Of a stretch of 64,000 bases of DNA, positions 23,761 through 37,222 are shown one piece after another. Position numbers and translations under genes: made by a program. Each line of letters opens with the position of its first letter. Position 1 is the stretch's first letter. Below the pieces are notes generated by a model. It saw nothing but the letters and a program-made list of their open reading frames with translations. It was not told the origin of the DNA and did not search any database. The stretch is from the human T2T-CHM13v2.0 reference genome, Homo sapiens. The DNA lies in the NCBI RefSeq assembly GCF_009914755.1, contig NC_060936.1. One strand, 5' to 3'.

Positions 23761-26700
23761 TTACAAGTGTTGATTAAAAAAAACAGACATATTAGATTCA
23801 TTTTTTTCTCCTGGGAGATAGTATTTCTCCTGGGATGTCATAACTTCCTACTTCAAGGCAATTTCCTTGCTGTTAGAAAGCAACCTAAGCTAATTTGGTA
23901 GATCACAGTTATTAGGTTCTTTATGTGACATTTCAGTTGCCTTATAGTTATCAAAGGCTATAAGAATCCTCTCTTACAACGTACGTGGAGGTGTTTTGAT
24001 AAAAGTAAGTGCAACTCAATTGTATCTAATATAGTAGACATTTACTTGCAGCAGGCATTAAAAGAATTCATGTAGTAGGTCTTCATTATAAGTTTTCTTC
24101 CAATGTTAAGTAAGCTTCCCTAAGGTATAAATTAAAATTAACACAAAAATAAATCACACTGTTTCTCTTGAATTACTGCCTTTTAAAGTGAATGTATGGA
24201 TATTATAAACCTCGCTTTCTGGGTCTGTCAGCGACGGTTATGGTCCTGGACTTCCCTTCACCCAGCTTCTCTGTCGGATTCCTTGTTGCTTCCACCATCT
24301 TGTGTTTTCTTGGTTAACACCACAATATTGGCAGAGTCTATCCTCTAATCGCTTCACTTCCTGTTACCTGGGATATGTTTTTGCCTTTTTTTTTTTTTTT
24401 TAAATTCACGTTTTAAAATGTGTTGATTCAGCCTACCCTCCTACCTGGTATTTTAACTAAATAGAATTTTAATTTAAAATAGTGTTCCTTCAAAAGTTTG
24501 ACGATATTCGAAGAAGCAATTGTCTTGGAACTTTTCGAGTTGAGACTGAAAACGTTGATAAAATGATGGCCTGAGTCTTCAGAATGTGACCCCTTTCCCT
24601 CTCTGAAAACCCTTAGGATTTTTTTTTCAATCTTCACTTTCTGTAATTTTATAATAGTGTGTTTTGAAAGGGTGTATTTTACTCACTCATGGGGCATTCA
24701 AAAATTCTTCCAACCTGGAAGTTCATGTTCATATAGTCTATCAATTTTTTTATATTCTCTTTTTTTAAGGCTTAAAGTAAATCTGATTAGATTGTCTAAT
24801 TCTATCTAGTCTTTTCTAATTCCCTTCTCAAAATTGTTTATGATTTCTGACAGATTTCATCTTCTGGTTTTTAAAATTTTCTATATCGTATACATTTACT
24901 CTTAGTATACATCAACTTGTTCTCTGATCTTTTTTACTAAAGCATTCTTTTGTTTCATGTAATTACTATCTCTATTATCTCACTTAGGATTTTAACTAAA
25001 GAGTTTTGCTGGCAGTGCGAGGTTTTTGTCTTCTTGCAATAATTTTGTTTTCTTTGACTTTTTTCTTGGTTTTACTTAACCTCCAGAGATATTTTATATT
25101 AGAGTCTTTCCTCATATGTCTGTTAGTGCTTTGCTGAACATAGATTCATATTTAAAAAGAAAGTCCTTATTAAAATATCTGTGAGAATTGATAGCACAAA
25201 TCAGCTTTACTCTAGAATGAGTAGGTATGGACTTTGCTATTTTATTGGGGCAAACCAATCCGCAACTCAATATCTATATGTCTTTTTCTTTGTGACTATT
25301 CAGTTTCTCCAGAAAAATGTTCTTCTCTCTCTCTACATGCATACACACACAGACACACACAAAATGTATATACATGCTTATTTACATACACACATATATT
25401 ATGCAATTGTACACACATATATGCATGTGGGGGTCTGCATATACTGAATATAAGTTGACAAAGAAATGTCAATATTTTGCCTTTCACTGCACTTTGTATC
25501 ACTATGATTTTTTATTAATACTGGTAATAAGAAATTTTTCTGTCATTATGAATAAATAGTAAATAACCTTCTGTTTACAGCTTACTCTTTGTGTCTAAAC
25601 CATCCTGAGGCTATGCTGATTCCAAAACTAATATTAAACTAGTTATAAACTCTGCCACTTCTAAGCTAGTTATATTTTGATTCAACTGGCATATTTATAA
25701 CTCTCTTGTGCCAGTTGCTCCAGGACTCCACAGGAAGGCTTTCACTAGCTAATTAAACAATAAAAATAAATACAGCCTTGTGATTTTGGGGAGAGCTCTG
25801 TTACCAGCTACCCAGATCACTCTTATCTAGAATCATTTTCTTCCTGCTTCTCAAATTCTCTCCATTTCTACCAAGTTAGCCTTAGAACCATTGGCCTTCA
25901 GGAGATATTACCACAGGAGGCTAGCAGCTTAGACGCCAATCAGTTTACAGCTCATCTCCAAAACACTTCAGATGAGCTCTCATACAAGACACAATGTCTT
26001 CAGAATGCTGAAAAAAAATACTGTTAGATTCATAATATCTCCAATAATGTTGAGATTTCACTGAATCCCAGATGTATTCTTGTATATCCTTATCCTTGTT
26101 ATCCTTAACATCTTAACATCTTACAAAACTGCCCTTCCAGGCCATCCAAAATCAGAGCTATATTTTTGCAATCAGTTCCTGCATATTATATCTTGTCAAC
26201 TATCATCAGATGGTATTTATACTCTTTCAAGTTATAGAGAAAACCTCTATGAGGTCATAAGTGTGATTTACCAGAAAGGCAGCAGTGCCATAGGACTAGA
26301 ATCCGTTTGGTCTCATTTCCATTTATATCATGTACTTGCTGAATCAGCACTGCTGGGCAATTCAGATTAGGCTAGATAGACCAGACAATACTGAGTTTAT
26401 GGGCAGTTAACATCAAATTATTGTTCAGTCTCCCCTAAGGTCCGAAAAGGATAATAATTACTTACTAAAGATAGCATGCTTTTATTTTGGAAAGCTGGAG
26501 GTTGAATCCTCCTATTAAGGCTCACCACTGGCTGCATCTAGCTGCCATATATTCTTTGAATATTGTTTAATCAGATGAGTGATAACCAGTGAAATCACTG
26601 TGACCACATCTCTCTGGAGAACCACTTCTTGCCATGGGACAAACTGAAAGCTTATACTTTCTCAGTAGTGGATTCGCATGTGGTTGTATGTGGCCTCCAC

Positions 26701-28087
26701 AATTCAAAGAGACTATGTTTCTAGTGGTAATGGATGTAGGGTTCAACAAAATGTCTCCACTGTGAAGGGATATCTCAACTTGTCCTAGACTCTAAACCTC
26801 TATAATAAATCAATGAGTTGGCCACTTACAGCCTTCTATTTTATTTATCTCCAACATTTCTGACATTCAAGTGAATGTCAGAAAGTATCTAGCTAATACA
26901 GTTTACCCTCTTGATTGTATCACACGATGTCCTGTAAGACAGTATTTCTGCAGACTAAAATATGGCACAAAGTCAAGGAATTAACACAATCCAGGAATAG
27001 TATAGCAAAATTGTATTGCTGTTCTTGTCTGGTAAAAGAAAGCATACTGCTTCTGGTCATTTTGTTTATTGGAATAGAAGGAACAGACATTCCTCAGATC
27101 ATTTGCTTCATACAAGGCACTAAGAGCTGTAATGATTTAGACTACATATGGCACAGCAGTTGCAACAGGAGTTGCCATGTAATTAAACTTCGGAAAATTC
27201 ATTTTTATCCTCTAAGACTATTTGTCCGCTGTACTGCCAGGCACTAGTTTAAATGGAAATCTGCTGGGAATCATTAATTCTGCACTTTTAAGTCTTTGAA
27301 GGTGGCACTGATATGTCTATTTTTTTACTGACATGACCTTGCTATTAATCCAATATTTTTATAGAAGTGAGGAGCTCTGAAATATTTGAGTTTTTTTTCA
27401 GTCAGAATGGGTCCTTCATTTATGGCTTACAGAGACAGTATGAGAAATCTATCACTTTCAAAGCTCATTAATTTTAATTATACATACAATTACTTGGGAA
27501 ATATAAATATGAAAAGGGTATAACCTAGAACAAGATAAATTATTCACTTGTCCCATCTTAACACCAAACAACCCTTATAAAGTGGCTGATGACCCCAGGA
27601 ATTAGTTTTGCCTCAAAGCCATATTTTCCTCTTCAGGGACTAGGTTTAAAAATATATATAGTAGCAAACACTTGTGATATCATTACAAAATACATATTTA
27701 AGAAAAAATGCTCTATCCTTAATTCTGGCATTTCTAGGTCCATGATTTGACTGAGGTTTAAAAATTCAATGAAGGGCAGAAAGTCTGCCTCATATATTGT
27801 AATGACTCAATTCAGGGCTCTGATGAGTGGTTCTGGAGTTTTACAAATCAAATAACAAGATGGCGAATTTCACTTCTTCATTGCTAGAAATCTAATTTGC
27901 AATTGGCCATTATTAAGTTCTCTTTGTGACGGGTGATTCTGATTTCATGCTGATCCTAATACCTATAAATAAAAAATATAGTTACTTTGCTCATTGGCAG
28001 TCAAGTGACACTACTTGATCTCTTCCACTCCAGCTTTGCTCTTCTTCACTAAAGGGGATCAATTTTCATGACTCTGCCTTCTACCTA

Positions 28088-28444
28088 CACTATGGTCTGA
28101 ATTTTTGTGTCCCTTGGAAATTCATATGTTGAAATGTTAACCCCCAAACTGATGTTACTATGAGGTGGGGCCTTTGGGAGGTACTTAGGGCCTGACAACA
28201 GATAAATTGGATTAGACCCTCATAAAAGAGGCCTGAGAGATCCCCCATCTCTTCCGCCATGTGAGGACATGGCAAGAAACCACCGACTATAAATAACAAA
28301 GAAGCTCCTGTCTGACACTAAATCTGTCAGCACCTTTACTTTGGACTTTTCAGCCTCCAGAGCTACAAAGAAAATACATTTAAATGGTTTATAAGTCACC
28401 CTGTGTATAGTACTTTGTCATAGCATCTCAAATGAACTAAGACA
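28088..28444 (+). mobile_element. MaLR solo LTR (MLT1A/MST-like) nested in the ERV-L
   Basis: ctatggtctgaat...aaattcatatgttgaaa...gaggtggggcctttgggagg...cagcctccaga...gaactaagaca. Confidence 0.85.
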
Positions 28445-29719
28445 ACCAGCAACCCATGGACATCACTAAAATCTTTTAAAAGATGCTGGTACTCCCATCC
28501 CTAATATCGGTCTCAATGCTTGGTGAAAGTATAATAAATCCACTACAAAATTTCATTTTGAGAAAGTTCTGATTTTGAGCCTTTATAATCTACCAAAGGA
28601 TCAACTTCATTTAATGTAAGATTCCATTGAGTTCCATTTTGTGATAAGTGGTCCACGAAACTATCAGACTCCCACCTACTTAAACTAGTATAATAAATCC
28701 AGAACCTCTAATATAATAAATCCGGAACCAGAACCTATAAGTATGCTCTTATAACTAAAGCTAGTCTGCTCTATTTTTATTGCTCTCCCTCCTTTGTTGA
28801 GTATCCTAAAGATCTGTCTTTCCTAATGTGTAGCTAGTATAGATTAGAAAATTCTTATAGTTCATTTAGAATAATGTTTTCATCCCTAGATTTTACTTTT
28901 TAATTGATACCCTGTTACTACCTCTCATATTGAAGATTAAGGGGATGGGGCATGACAAGAATTATGTTTCCCCTAAAGCGAATGAATGCCTGAGTTGAGG
29001 AAACAGTCTCTGAACAAGTAGAAATTGCTTTACAACTCAAGAAGAGTGGGGCTTTTCAGCAAGCAAAGGAGCTTCAGTGAGGATTGGGGAATCCTTGGCA
29101 CACCAGTGCATCTGAATCTTGTTGTATAATCCCTATTCCATTTCTTGGGAGGGAGGTTCTGTTTCCAGATCAATGCTCTAACTTTTTATAAAGAGACAAG
29201 TTGAATAGTGCATTCATTACAATTCAGAATAGGCTTTTTGATTTGAGCTCTCTTCCTGCAATGGGTAAAAATAAAGCCTTTACAGTGTTAAAATAATTTT
29301 ATAACCCCCTAGATTTATAAAACCCTTAGATAAAGCTCTTCCAGAACTTCCTATCTATCCTTATTTACAAATTCACTGCTACAACCTTATAAAACATTTT
29401 GCAATTTTCTGAACTTGAGCTGAGAACACAGGTATCTGAGTTTCCCATTCTCTTTTTTCCAGCTGTTCCATGGGCCTTTAAGCAGCTACTCTACCTATTA
29501 ATTATTTCATGCCCTTCACCTTTTTCTGTGACCATAGATACATTGTTCCTCAAAGCCTTACCTTTAGGAGTTGTGTCTTTCAGGTAACTATATGTTTCAA
29601 TTTTATGAATCACTGTCTTCCAGACTTTCATTCCCAAATAATTTCAGGGTTTTAACCATCTTTTACCTAAGCTATGCAGATAGCCAATGTTGAAGTCCCT
29701 ACATTGGCCAACAATCTGA

Positions 29720-30052
29720 TGTATTAGGCTATTCTTGTATTGCTATAAAGAAATACCTGGAAAACGGTAATTTATAAGAGGTTTAATTGGCTGATGGTTC
29801 TGAAGGTTGAAGGTGAATCAGAATCTTGCACATCACATGGCAAAAGAAGGAACAAGAGAGAGAGGTGGTGGGAAGAGGTGCCACACACTTAAAACAACCA
29901 GATCTCACAAGAAATCACTATCATAAACACAGCACTAAGTCATGAGGGATCCTCCCCCATGATCTAATCACCTCCCACCAGACCCCACCTTCAACATAGG
30001 AGATTACAGTTTAAACTGAGGTTTCCTGGGGACACAGATTCAAATCATATCA
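29720..30052 (-). mobile_element. MaLR solo LTR (MSTA-like)
   Basis: tgtattaggc...gctataaagaaatacctg...aaacaaccagatctc...cacctcccaccagaccccacc...catatca. Confidence 0.85.
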
Positions 30053-33000
30053 GATGTCAATAACCAATTTCTGTTAATGATATCCTTGTTAAACAGGCTT
30101 CTAGAATATAAACACCAGAGGGTAACTCAATGTTTTCAGCAAAAAATGAATTTCTTTGAAGGAGATACGTGGAATTGAATAAGTGAAAGTCTTTCCAAAT
30201 ACAGTCTTTCCAGATACAGTCTTTCTTTCCAAATGAAAGTCTTTCCAACTACAGTCTTCTGGCTGGAAGACTGTAGTTGGAAAGCAGGCAGATGACAAAG
30301 AGGCTCTTGACAAAGAGAGATAATCTGACCAGGCAGTCAGTCATCACTACTAAACATAACTGAGACTAGAAGCTCCCACTGACACAGTCTTCACTGGCGG
30401 CTACTTCAAATGAATCCTAAACCAAAAACAAGCATCTGCCACAAGGTTTCACCCTGGATTTACAGGGATAAAGACAGAAGAAATACTTGTGGGCTACTGA
30501 GTCCCAATAAGACTACAAGCCAGGTCGGTTCAGTATGCATAGGAAGAGTCTGAAGTTGAGACAGGTAAAGAAGTGATTGTCTTCTACCCAGAAATATATA
30601 AAGACCTGATTAAAAATAATAATAATAAACTAGACTTCTTTTTTTGTGCACAGGAATCTTCCCCTTGTTTGCCCCTCCAGGACTCTTTCCTACCCACAAC
30701 TACAGGTCTCCTGCTGCAACCTTATCAAATTTTGTGCAGTTTTCTGAATTTACTGGTATGTCCTCAGCCCCAAGCCTTGGCTGCAATGAAATTTCTGCCA
30801 GAAATGATCTTACCACACATCTGTCCACAAAACACATATTTGATATAGCAATACTGTCGCCATGAAGGTTTCCAATATTTTCTGTCCCCCACTTATAGAA
30901 CTAAGCACATACTCCTTTCAGAAACTACTGTAGACTAAAATAATTCCAACTAAAACAATTTGCAGTTCTTTCCACGTATATCTCCTAGATTGCAAGTTGC
31001 TTAAAGCCAGGCATTTTTTTTTTCAATGACTAGCACTGTGCTGCCCTGTCATAGGTGCTTATGTAATGAGGAAGAAGAATTAAATTTGGTAATAACACAT
31101 AGCCCTAGTCAACCTTTACATTCCCCCAACAAAATAAGCTACGTGTCCTCTTGAATTTTAAGTATCTAGTTTCTAACTTTTTCCTCTATTGTGAGAATTG
31201 GATATAAAAAATAAAATTATTTAATATTATTAATATTTAGCATATTTATTCTTTATTCCAATAGGAATTTGCAGTTCCACCGATTAAAACTACTCTTTGA
31301 AGCTGAATATTCTAATTAATTTCTTCTCTATAATTAGGTTTTCTTTCTTTCTTTTGGCTAAGTATATCTATTTCTTCTTTCTTAAAAATTTTAACACAGA
31401 CCTCACCTCTGAATAGGGACTTTTTGTATTTACCTCAATAATTTAAAATATATTTGGGCAAAATTGTTTTAAATAAAAATATGATGTACTAGTTTCCTCA
31501 CTCATGGATAACATAGTTAAAATTTTTTTAAAAGACAGCTAGCTAAAGATACTATACAATTGAATATTAAACACTGACTTCAGCTATACACAGAATTTCA
31601 GTGGGAGCTGAAGTCTAAAGGTTAAAGCAGGTATCCAGAATCAGATGGGCAATACGCTTGTGACCTTGGATAATTCACCTAATCTTCTTCATTAGTAAAA
31701 TAAGGACAATGATGACACTTACGTCATTGGATCATTTTTAAGATTAGGTATAATTCAACATTTAACACGTTTAGAACATAGGCAATCATCAAAGGTTAGC
31801 TTTTATTATTACTACTGTCAGAAGGAATAAGAAAGCAGATTGCTAGGGAAAGAAAAACCTCTAACTGGAGTTGTAATGAGAATTTGTCTCAAGATACATC
31901 CATTAAAACATATCTTAATGAAAGCAGGATTTCACATTCATTTAGCCATAACTCAGGCATAGATGATTGTCATAATTTTCCATACAAAGCTCTTCTTCTG
32001 TTTTAATGATGTTTTGCATTTTTAACCATTCCTTTTTTATTTTATGCCTCTCCTCATGCACCACACTTTTAGTATATTTAAATACATCTTTTGGTTTATA
32101 TAGGTTCCTGTAAAATGTTTATTTTTTAAAATATACATAAGCTTGTATATTTTAAATTTATTTAAATATTGTTGTTTATATCTCATTGGTTTTGTTTTCA
32201 ACCAAAATTTATTTTTATGTTTCAGCCTTGCAATGTGTCCATCTGGTCCATGACCTCTAATTGAGAACCTGATTTTTCATGGAGGTATCTTTGAGAAATA
32301 GCTTGAATGTTGTATAATAATTTTCTTTTCAGTTTCTTGTTGGAATAGTCATTCATGTTGCTGGCTAAAGATCACATCCATATTTTCCATATTCATAATT
32401 TTGGATAAGATGTGATTTCTTTTTCTATTAAAGGGATACCCTTCTTAATTGAGGCATTAAGAAAGATGTCATCTAAAAAACTATAAAGAAAAAATGTCTG
32501 GTGCTGTTGTATTACCACAATAACTAAAGATGCTGAAGAAGTATATAACACAAACCTACTTTTCTTGTGTGTAATTCTTGAATAGAACCAAAAAAGTATG
32601 TGTTTGTTATTCTGTGTTTGGTGCCAGTGGATAGTAATGGAGATTCCAGAAACCACTGTGAATTTCATTTGTTGAATCTGAAGAAATAAACTGCACTGAT
32701 GGTAACACAGCCAAGTTTTCTTCACCCTCTATCTCCTAAATTAGGGAAGCAGAAATAAAGTGATTACAATTATATTGTAAACACCTGAATCTGATGCCTT
32801 TTGTTCTGTATACAATTTTTAAAAAGACTTTTGCTAGTAGAAAGAAGGAAAAGTTATCAGCTACTTTTTGTTCACTTAAATTATCTCATTACTAATATTT
32901 ACTGCTCTTAGGATGAAACTAATTTCTATAATCTTATATACAGTGTAATTTTTTCTGGTGAAAATACAAACAAATTAGTATATAAATGAATAAAAGAATA

Positions 33001-33189
33001 AAACCAGGAAAAAAGCTGTGTGATTTAGGCATTCAAAAAAAAAAAAAAACAATTTTCAATACAGGTGCCTATCTGTGTTCAATACTTCAGAAAGTTCAAG
33101 GAGAATAACAACCTTGAAATAGTCATTGTCATTGGTCCTTTACTTTGCTTGTAAGTAATTTATCACTTGATGGTAAGTGATGGACTTAA

Positions 33190-33613
<424 letters not shown>

Positions 33614-33769
33614 TAAACAGGCAAATTTGACAATATTTTAGTTCTACATCAATATGAACTGAAGACAATAATCATTTACAAAAAGTTATGATATACCTTA
33701 GTAAGTGCTGTAAAAGGTAGTCATATAGAAGAGATGCTCTACTATAGAGTTCATAAAAATTCAATTAGG

Positions 33770-34079
33770 TGTCGGGTGCAGTGGCTTACGCCTGTAATCC
33801 CAGCACTTTGGGAGGCCGTGACGGGTGGATCACGAGGTCAGGAGATCGAGACCATCCTGGCTAACATGGTGAAACCCCGTCTCTACTAAAAATACAAAAA
33901 AATTAGCCGGGCGTGGTGGTGGGCGCCTGTAATCCCAGCTACTCTACTCGGGAGGCTGAGGCAGGAGAATGGCATGAACCCGGGAGGCGGAGCTTGCAGT
34001 GAGCCGAGATCACGCAACTGCACTCCAGCCTGGGCGACAGAGCGAGACACCGTCCCCCCCCAAAAAAAAAAAAAAAAAA
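33770..34079 (+). mobile_element. AluY-like, full length
   Basis: gagatcgagaccatcctggctaac, gaatggcatgaacccgggaggcggagcttgcag; A tail; flanking direct repeat TTCAATTAGGT. Confidence 0.95.
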
Positions 34080-36620
34080 TTTTTCAATTAGGTGTCAAAT
34101 TACTCCTCCATCCATTTGTCAATTGATTTGATCTCTCAAAAATAATTTATTGTAATAAGCTCAGTCAAATCTCTGTGCCATAATTTGCATTTAAGGCTAT
34201 GATGAAATAGTTACATGCATTAATACAAACTGTGTGCTAGTATATTAGATGAACTTGGAATAAATCTTATGTGAGACTATTCTTACGTTTTATAACCTCA
34301 AAATGTCGCACAATCAAAACTTCCCCCAAATGTAGTTCAAACATTTGGATTTTTTAATACTTAACTTTTATACTATGAAGATTCCATGGAATTTTATCTA
34401 TCACATCATTTTAACTGTGTCTATTAATTCTGAAGATCTTATTTCTAGAATCCTTAACATTGAAGTCTTTGTGTGTATATGATATTGCTATTACTGAAAA
34501 TGGGTTTCTCTTACTGAACAAGAAGGAAAAAAACAATATCAAATTAAAATTTTATGCAAGTTTACACTGTAATTCTGTCTAGGGAAACATGATCCACTAG
34601 GCGCATGAGATTGCACAGTATCAAATGACCATCTGAAGCTCTTTGAAATATGCTTTGCACAATGAAATCAACCACGACACCTTAACTAAAGGACCGCTAC
34701 AGAGGGTTTTTAAAAGATGTGTTTTCTTGCTTCCAAAAACCACAAAATACTTTCTTCATATCAGTTGAAATTTTGTAGTGAGCTCAAACATTTTGTTTAC
34801 AGAGGTCTGTATCCAAAATGACACAGCCTTTATTTATATCTTGTATATTTTCTATTATAGTTGAAGTTATTGTTATATTTGCTTAAAATCTGACTAAAGA
34901 TTATAAAGTTATAGAAGGAAAATGGAGGGAGGGAAATTGAACAAGAATGAACATTTTATAGAAAAGAATTCTTGTAAAGTAAAGCTGTTGGATTCTAAAG
35001 TGATTTGGCCAGGAATATGTACCACTAAGCACTTTTCTCCCTCATGTAGAAAACTGCAGATTTTATTTCAAGTATTTGAAAGTTAGAAAGAACTGGCCAC
35101 ATAATCTACTATACATTTTACAGATTTCTCCAAAGCCAGCAACTTAATTCTAAACATTGTTTTCAGCCAAAGGGCAATAAATATCTTCACTGTTAAATTT
35201 ATTTTCAACTGCTGAAAATGGCCTTAACCTGTTGGCTTCATAAATTGAAAACTCACTCTCTACACTCATTTCTAGGATTTCTGTTCAACTCTATAAACTT
35301 CATGCAAGACTATTTGAATTCTTTGGCTTTTTAAGTCATTTAATAGCCAACTAATTGCATTACCTTTAACATATTCACTCTCTTAATGTTCAAGATAGTG
35401 CCCCAAAGTAATTTTTACCATATTCTTTACAAATTTCTGAATTCCTAGAAGACAAGAACAATAATCTAAACTCGGATTTCAAAAACAATGTTTTCTATTA
35501 ATAATCCCCACAAAAAAATAAAAAGAAGCCAATTTTTAAATGAGGGTTCCTTCTAGAATATTTTAATATCCTTTCACTACCCTTACCTAAGGAATTGTTA
35601 CAGTTTAGAATCATCCTGACAGCTTGTCAAAATTTCATGTTGCTGAGCCCTAACTTCAGAGGTTCTGACTTAGGCTTGTGAGGGAGCCTAGAAATTTGCA
35701 CTTTTATCATGGCTCCAGGGTGTTGCAGATTCAAACTGGCCAAGCATAACACTCTGAGCAAATCTGCTCTACATTTTTTACTGAATTATGACTTCTGATC
35801 TCAACTATTTTTCCCACTGCTTCTTGGGAGAGCAGATCCTAGGGCAGAAGTATTCAAAACTGTTCTTTCTGCTATATTACAATATGTTAGTCAGGAGTTA
35901 CTTGAGCTTGAAGTGGAAGGCAGGGCATAGAATTTCACTCTGTCACCTCTGAAATACAGCCTTGTTGTCCTTTAAAATTTAGAACTTTCCATAGCCTATG
36001 AGATGAGAGAGAAAAAATAAAGAAACTCCAAGTTTACTCTGCTGCCAATTGGCTGCTATGCCAATGTGAGGACGGTGACGAAAAACCTTTGTCGTTTTCT
36101 TGCCATTTTCACCAGATGGACCCTATCGTAACAATCAATTTTTTAGAAAAGCCCCTAAGGGTGGGTGGGGTGAGTCGTAGACAAACTGTCAGCTCCAGTG
36201 TTGACAGGATCCTTATTTCTGGGAGTTGCATTTCTCTCTTGGAAAACTTATAACCGCTGTTGCAAAAGCTATTAATTAGCCTTTACTATTAATTCGTTAT
36301 GCTCATTTATTTGTTAACATGAGTTTATTCCCAGGGCATAGAGAAAGGAAACTTCACTCTTCTCCCAACTGGTCTAACATAACAGATGCCTTAGCACATT
36401 TAGCAGACTTGAATTGCAGGTGGAAAACCACTTTGTGTTCCCCAGACCTAGCACATTTTGGCAAAAGTCTTCTGCTCAGTAATCACTTGAATAAATGGGA
36501 GATAAACACCACTTCCATAAAACTCATATTCTAAATGGATGAGTAAGAGATGTGTAAACAAACGTAACATAAGGTACAAAGGGGAATGTGGCATGAAGCA
36601 GGGGTAAATATAGAGTTCAG

Positions 36621-36720
36621 ATAAAAGAAAAGAAGAAAGAGAGAGAGGAGAGAGAGGGCAGGAAAAGGGAGGGGAGGGAAGGGAAGGTAAAGGAAAAGAA
36701 GGGGATGAAAAGAGAAGAAA
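36621..36720 (+). repeat. GA-rich polypurine tract
   Basis: Nearly pure A/G for ~100 bp. Confidence 0.85.
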
Positions 36721-36881
36721 ATCAGGGCAAGAGAAGGTCATTTGATTTTATAATGGGAGACAATAATGACTTTATGGAAAAAGTGGCATGGAAAGTGACC
36801 CTAAAGTGTTGGTACAAGGGCCTGGGAACGTGGGAAATATTAAAAGTGATGAGTGGTCAGACTGGGTCTTTAAAGGAGTAT

Positions 36882-37222
36882 AGTTAGAATTATTGCTAAT
36901 AAACACCTCACTAGATCCTGCATTTGGTTAATCAGTATTTAGTCAAGTAGAGGTTCTCTAGGGCATTGAAAAGGCTTTATTGGGCTGAAGGGAGCAAGAG
37001 AGTATTTAAAACAAAACAAAAAAGTTTGCACCAAGCACCTTTAGAGTTTGTTACAAAAGATAAACTTCTCTTATTTCACCTACCTAATCATTTAAGAGAC
37101 CGAGTGAAAAGTTTTCTTTACTTTCTACTCAGAAACAAAAAAAGCAAGCCAAGTTCGTCTCTAAAAAAAAAATAAAAGATTTTTTAAAAAGTCTTGCAGG
37201 TACTACATTTTCCCCCTCTTCT
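36882..37222 (-). mobile_element. Probable ERV LTR preceded by a polypurine tract (family unassigned)
   Basis: Minus strand reads AGAAGAGGGGGAAAA then TGTAGTACC at 37207; AATAAA on minus at ~36981-36976. Confidence 0.4.

Larger units (their letters stand above)
25900..30150 (-). mobile_element. Degenerate ERV-L-class internal region (gag-pro-pol remnants), interrupted by two MaLR LTRs; outer limits uncertain
   Basis: Manual minus-strand translation gives collinear ERV-L-like blocks: PFIEFLNLSQIMDLEMPE (~27775-27722), GFEAKLIPG (~27620), ISATFKDLK...IPSRFPF...FPKFNYMATPVATAVPYVV (~27313-27140), DQKQYAF, EQQYNFAILFLDCVNSLTLCHILV (~27025-26955), [16 protein letters not shown] and TLGETEQ (~26490-26423). 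Many stops and frameshifts. Confidence 0.8.

Noticed and set aside
26567-27247. ORFs 26567-26749 (-) and 26915-27247 (+) as novel proteins
   Set aside because: Largely off-frame or antisense reads of the decayed ERV-L pol region.
30184-30284. CRISPR-like array or miRNA gene
   Set aside because: Eukaryotic DNA, no unique spacers, no cas genes; the 19-bp stem is short and there is no expression evidence.
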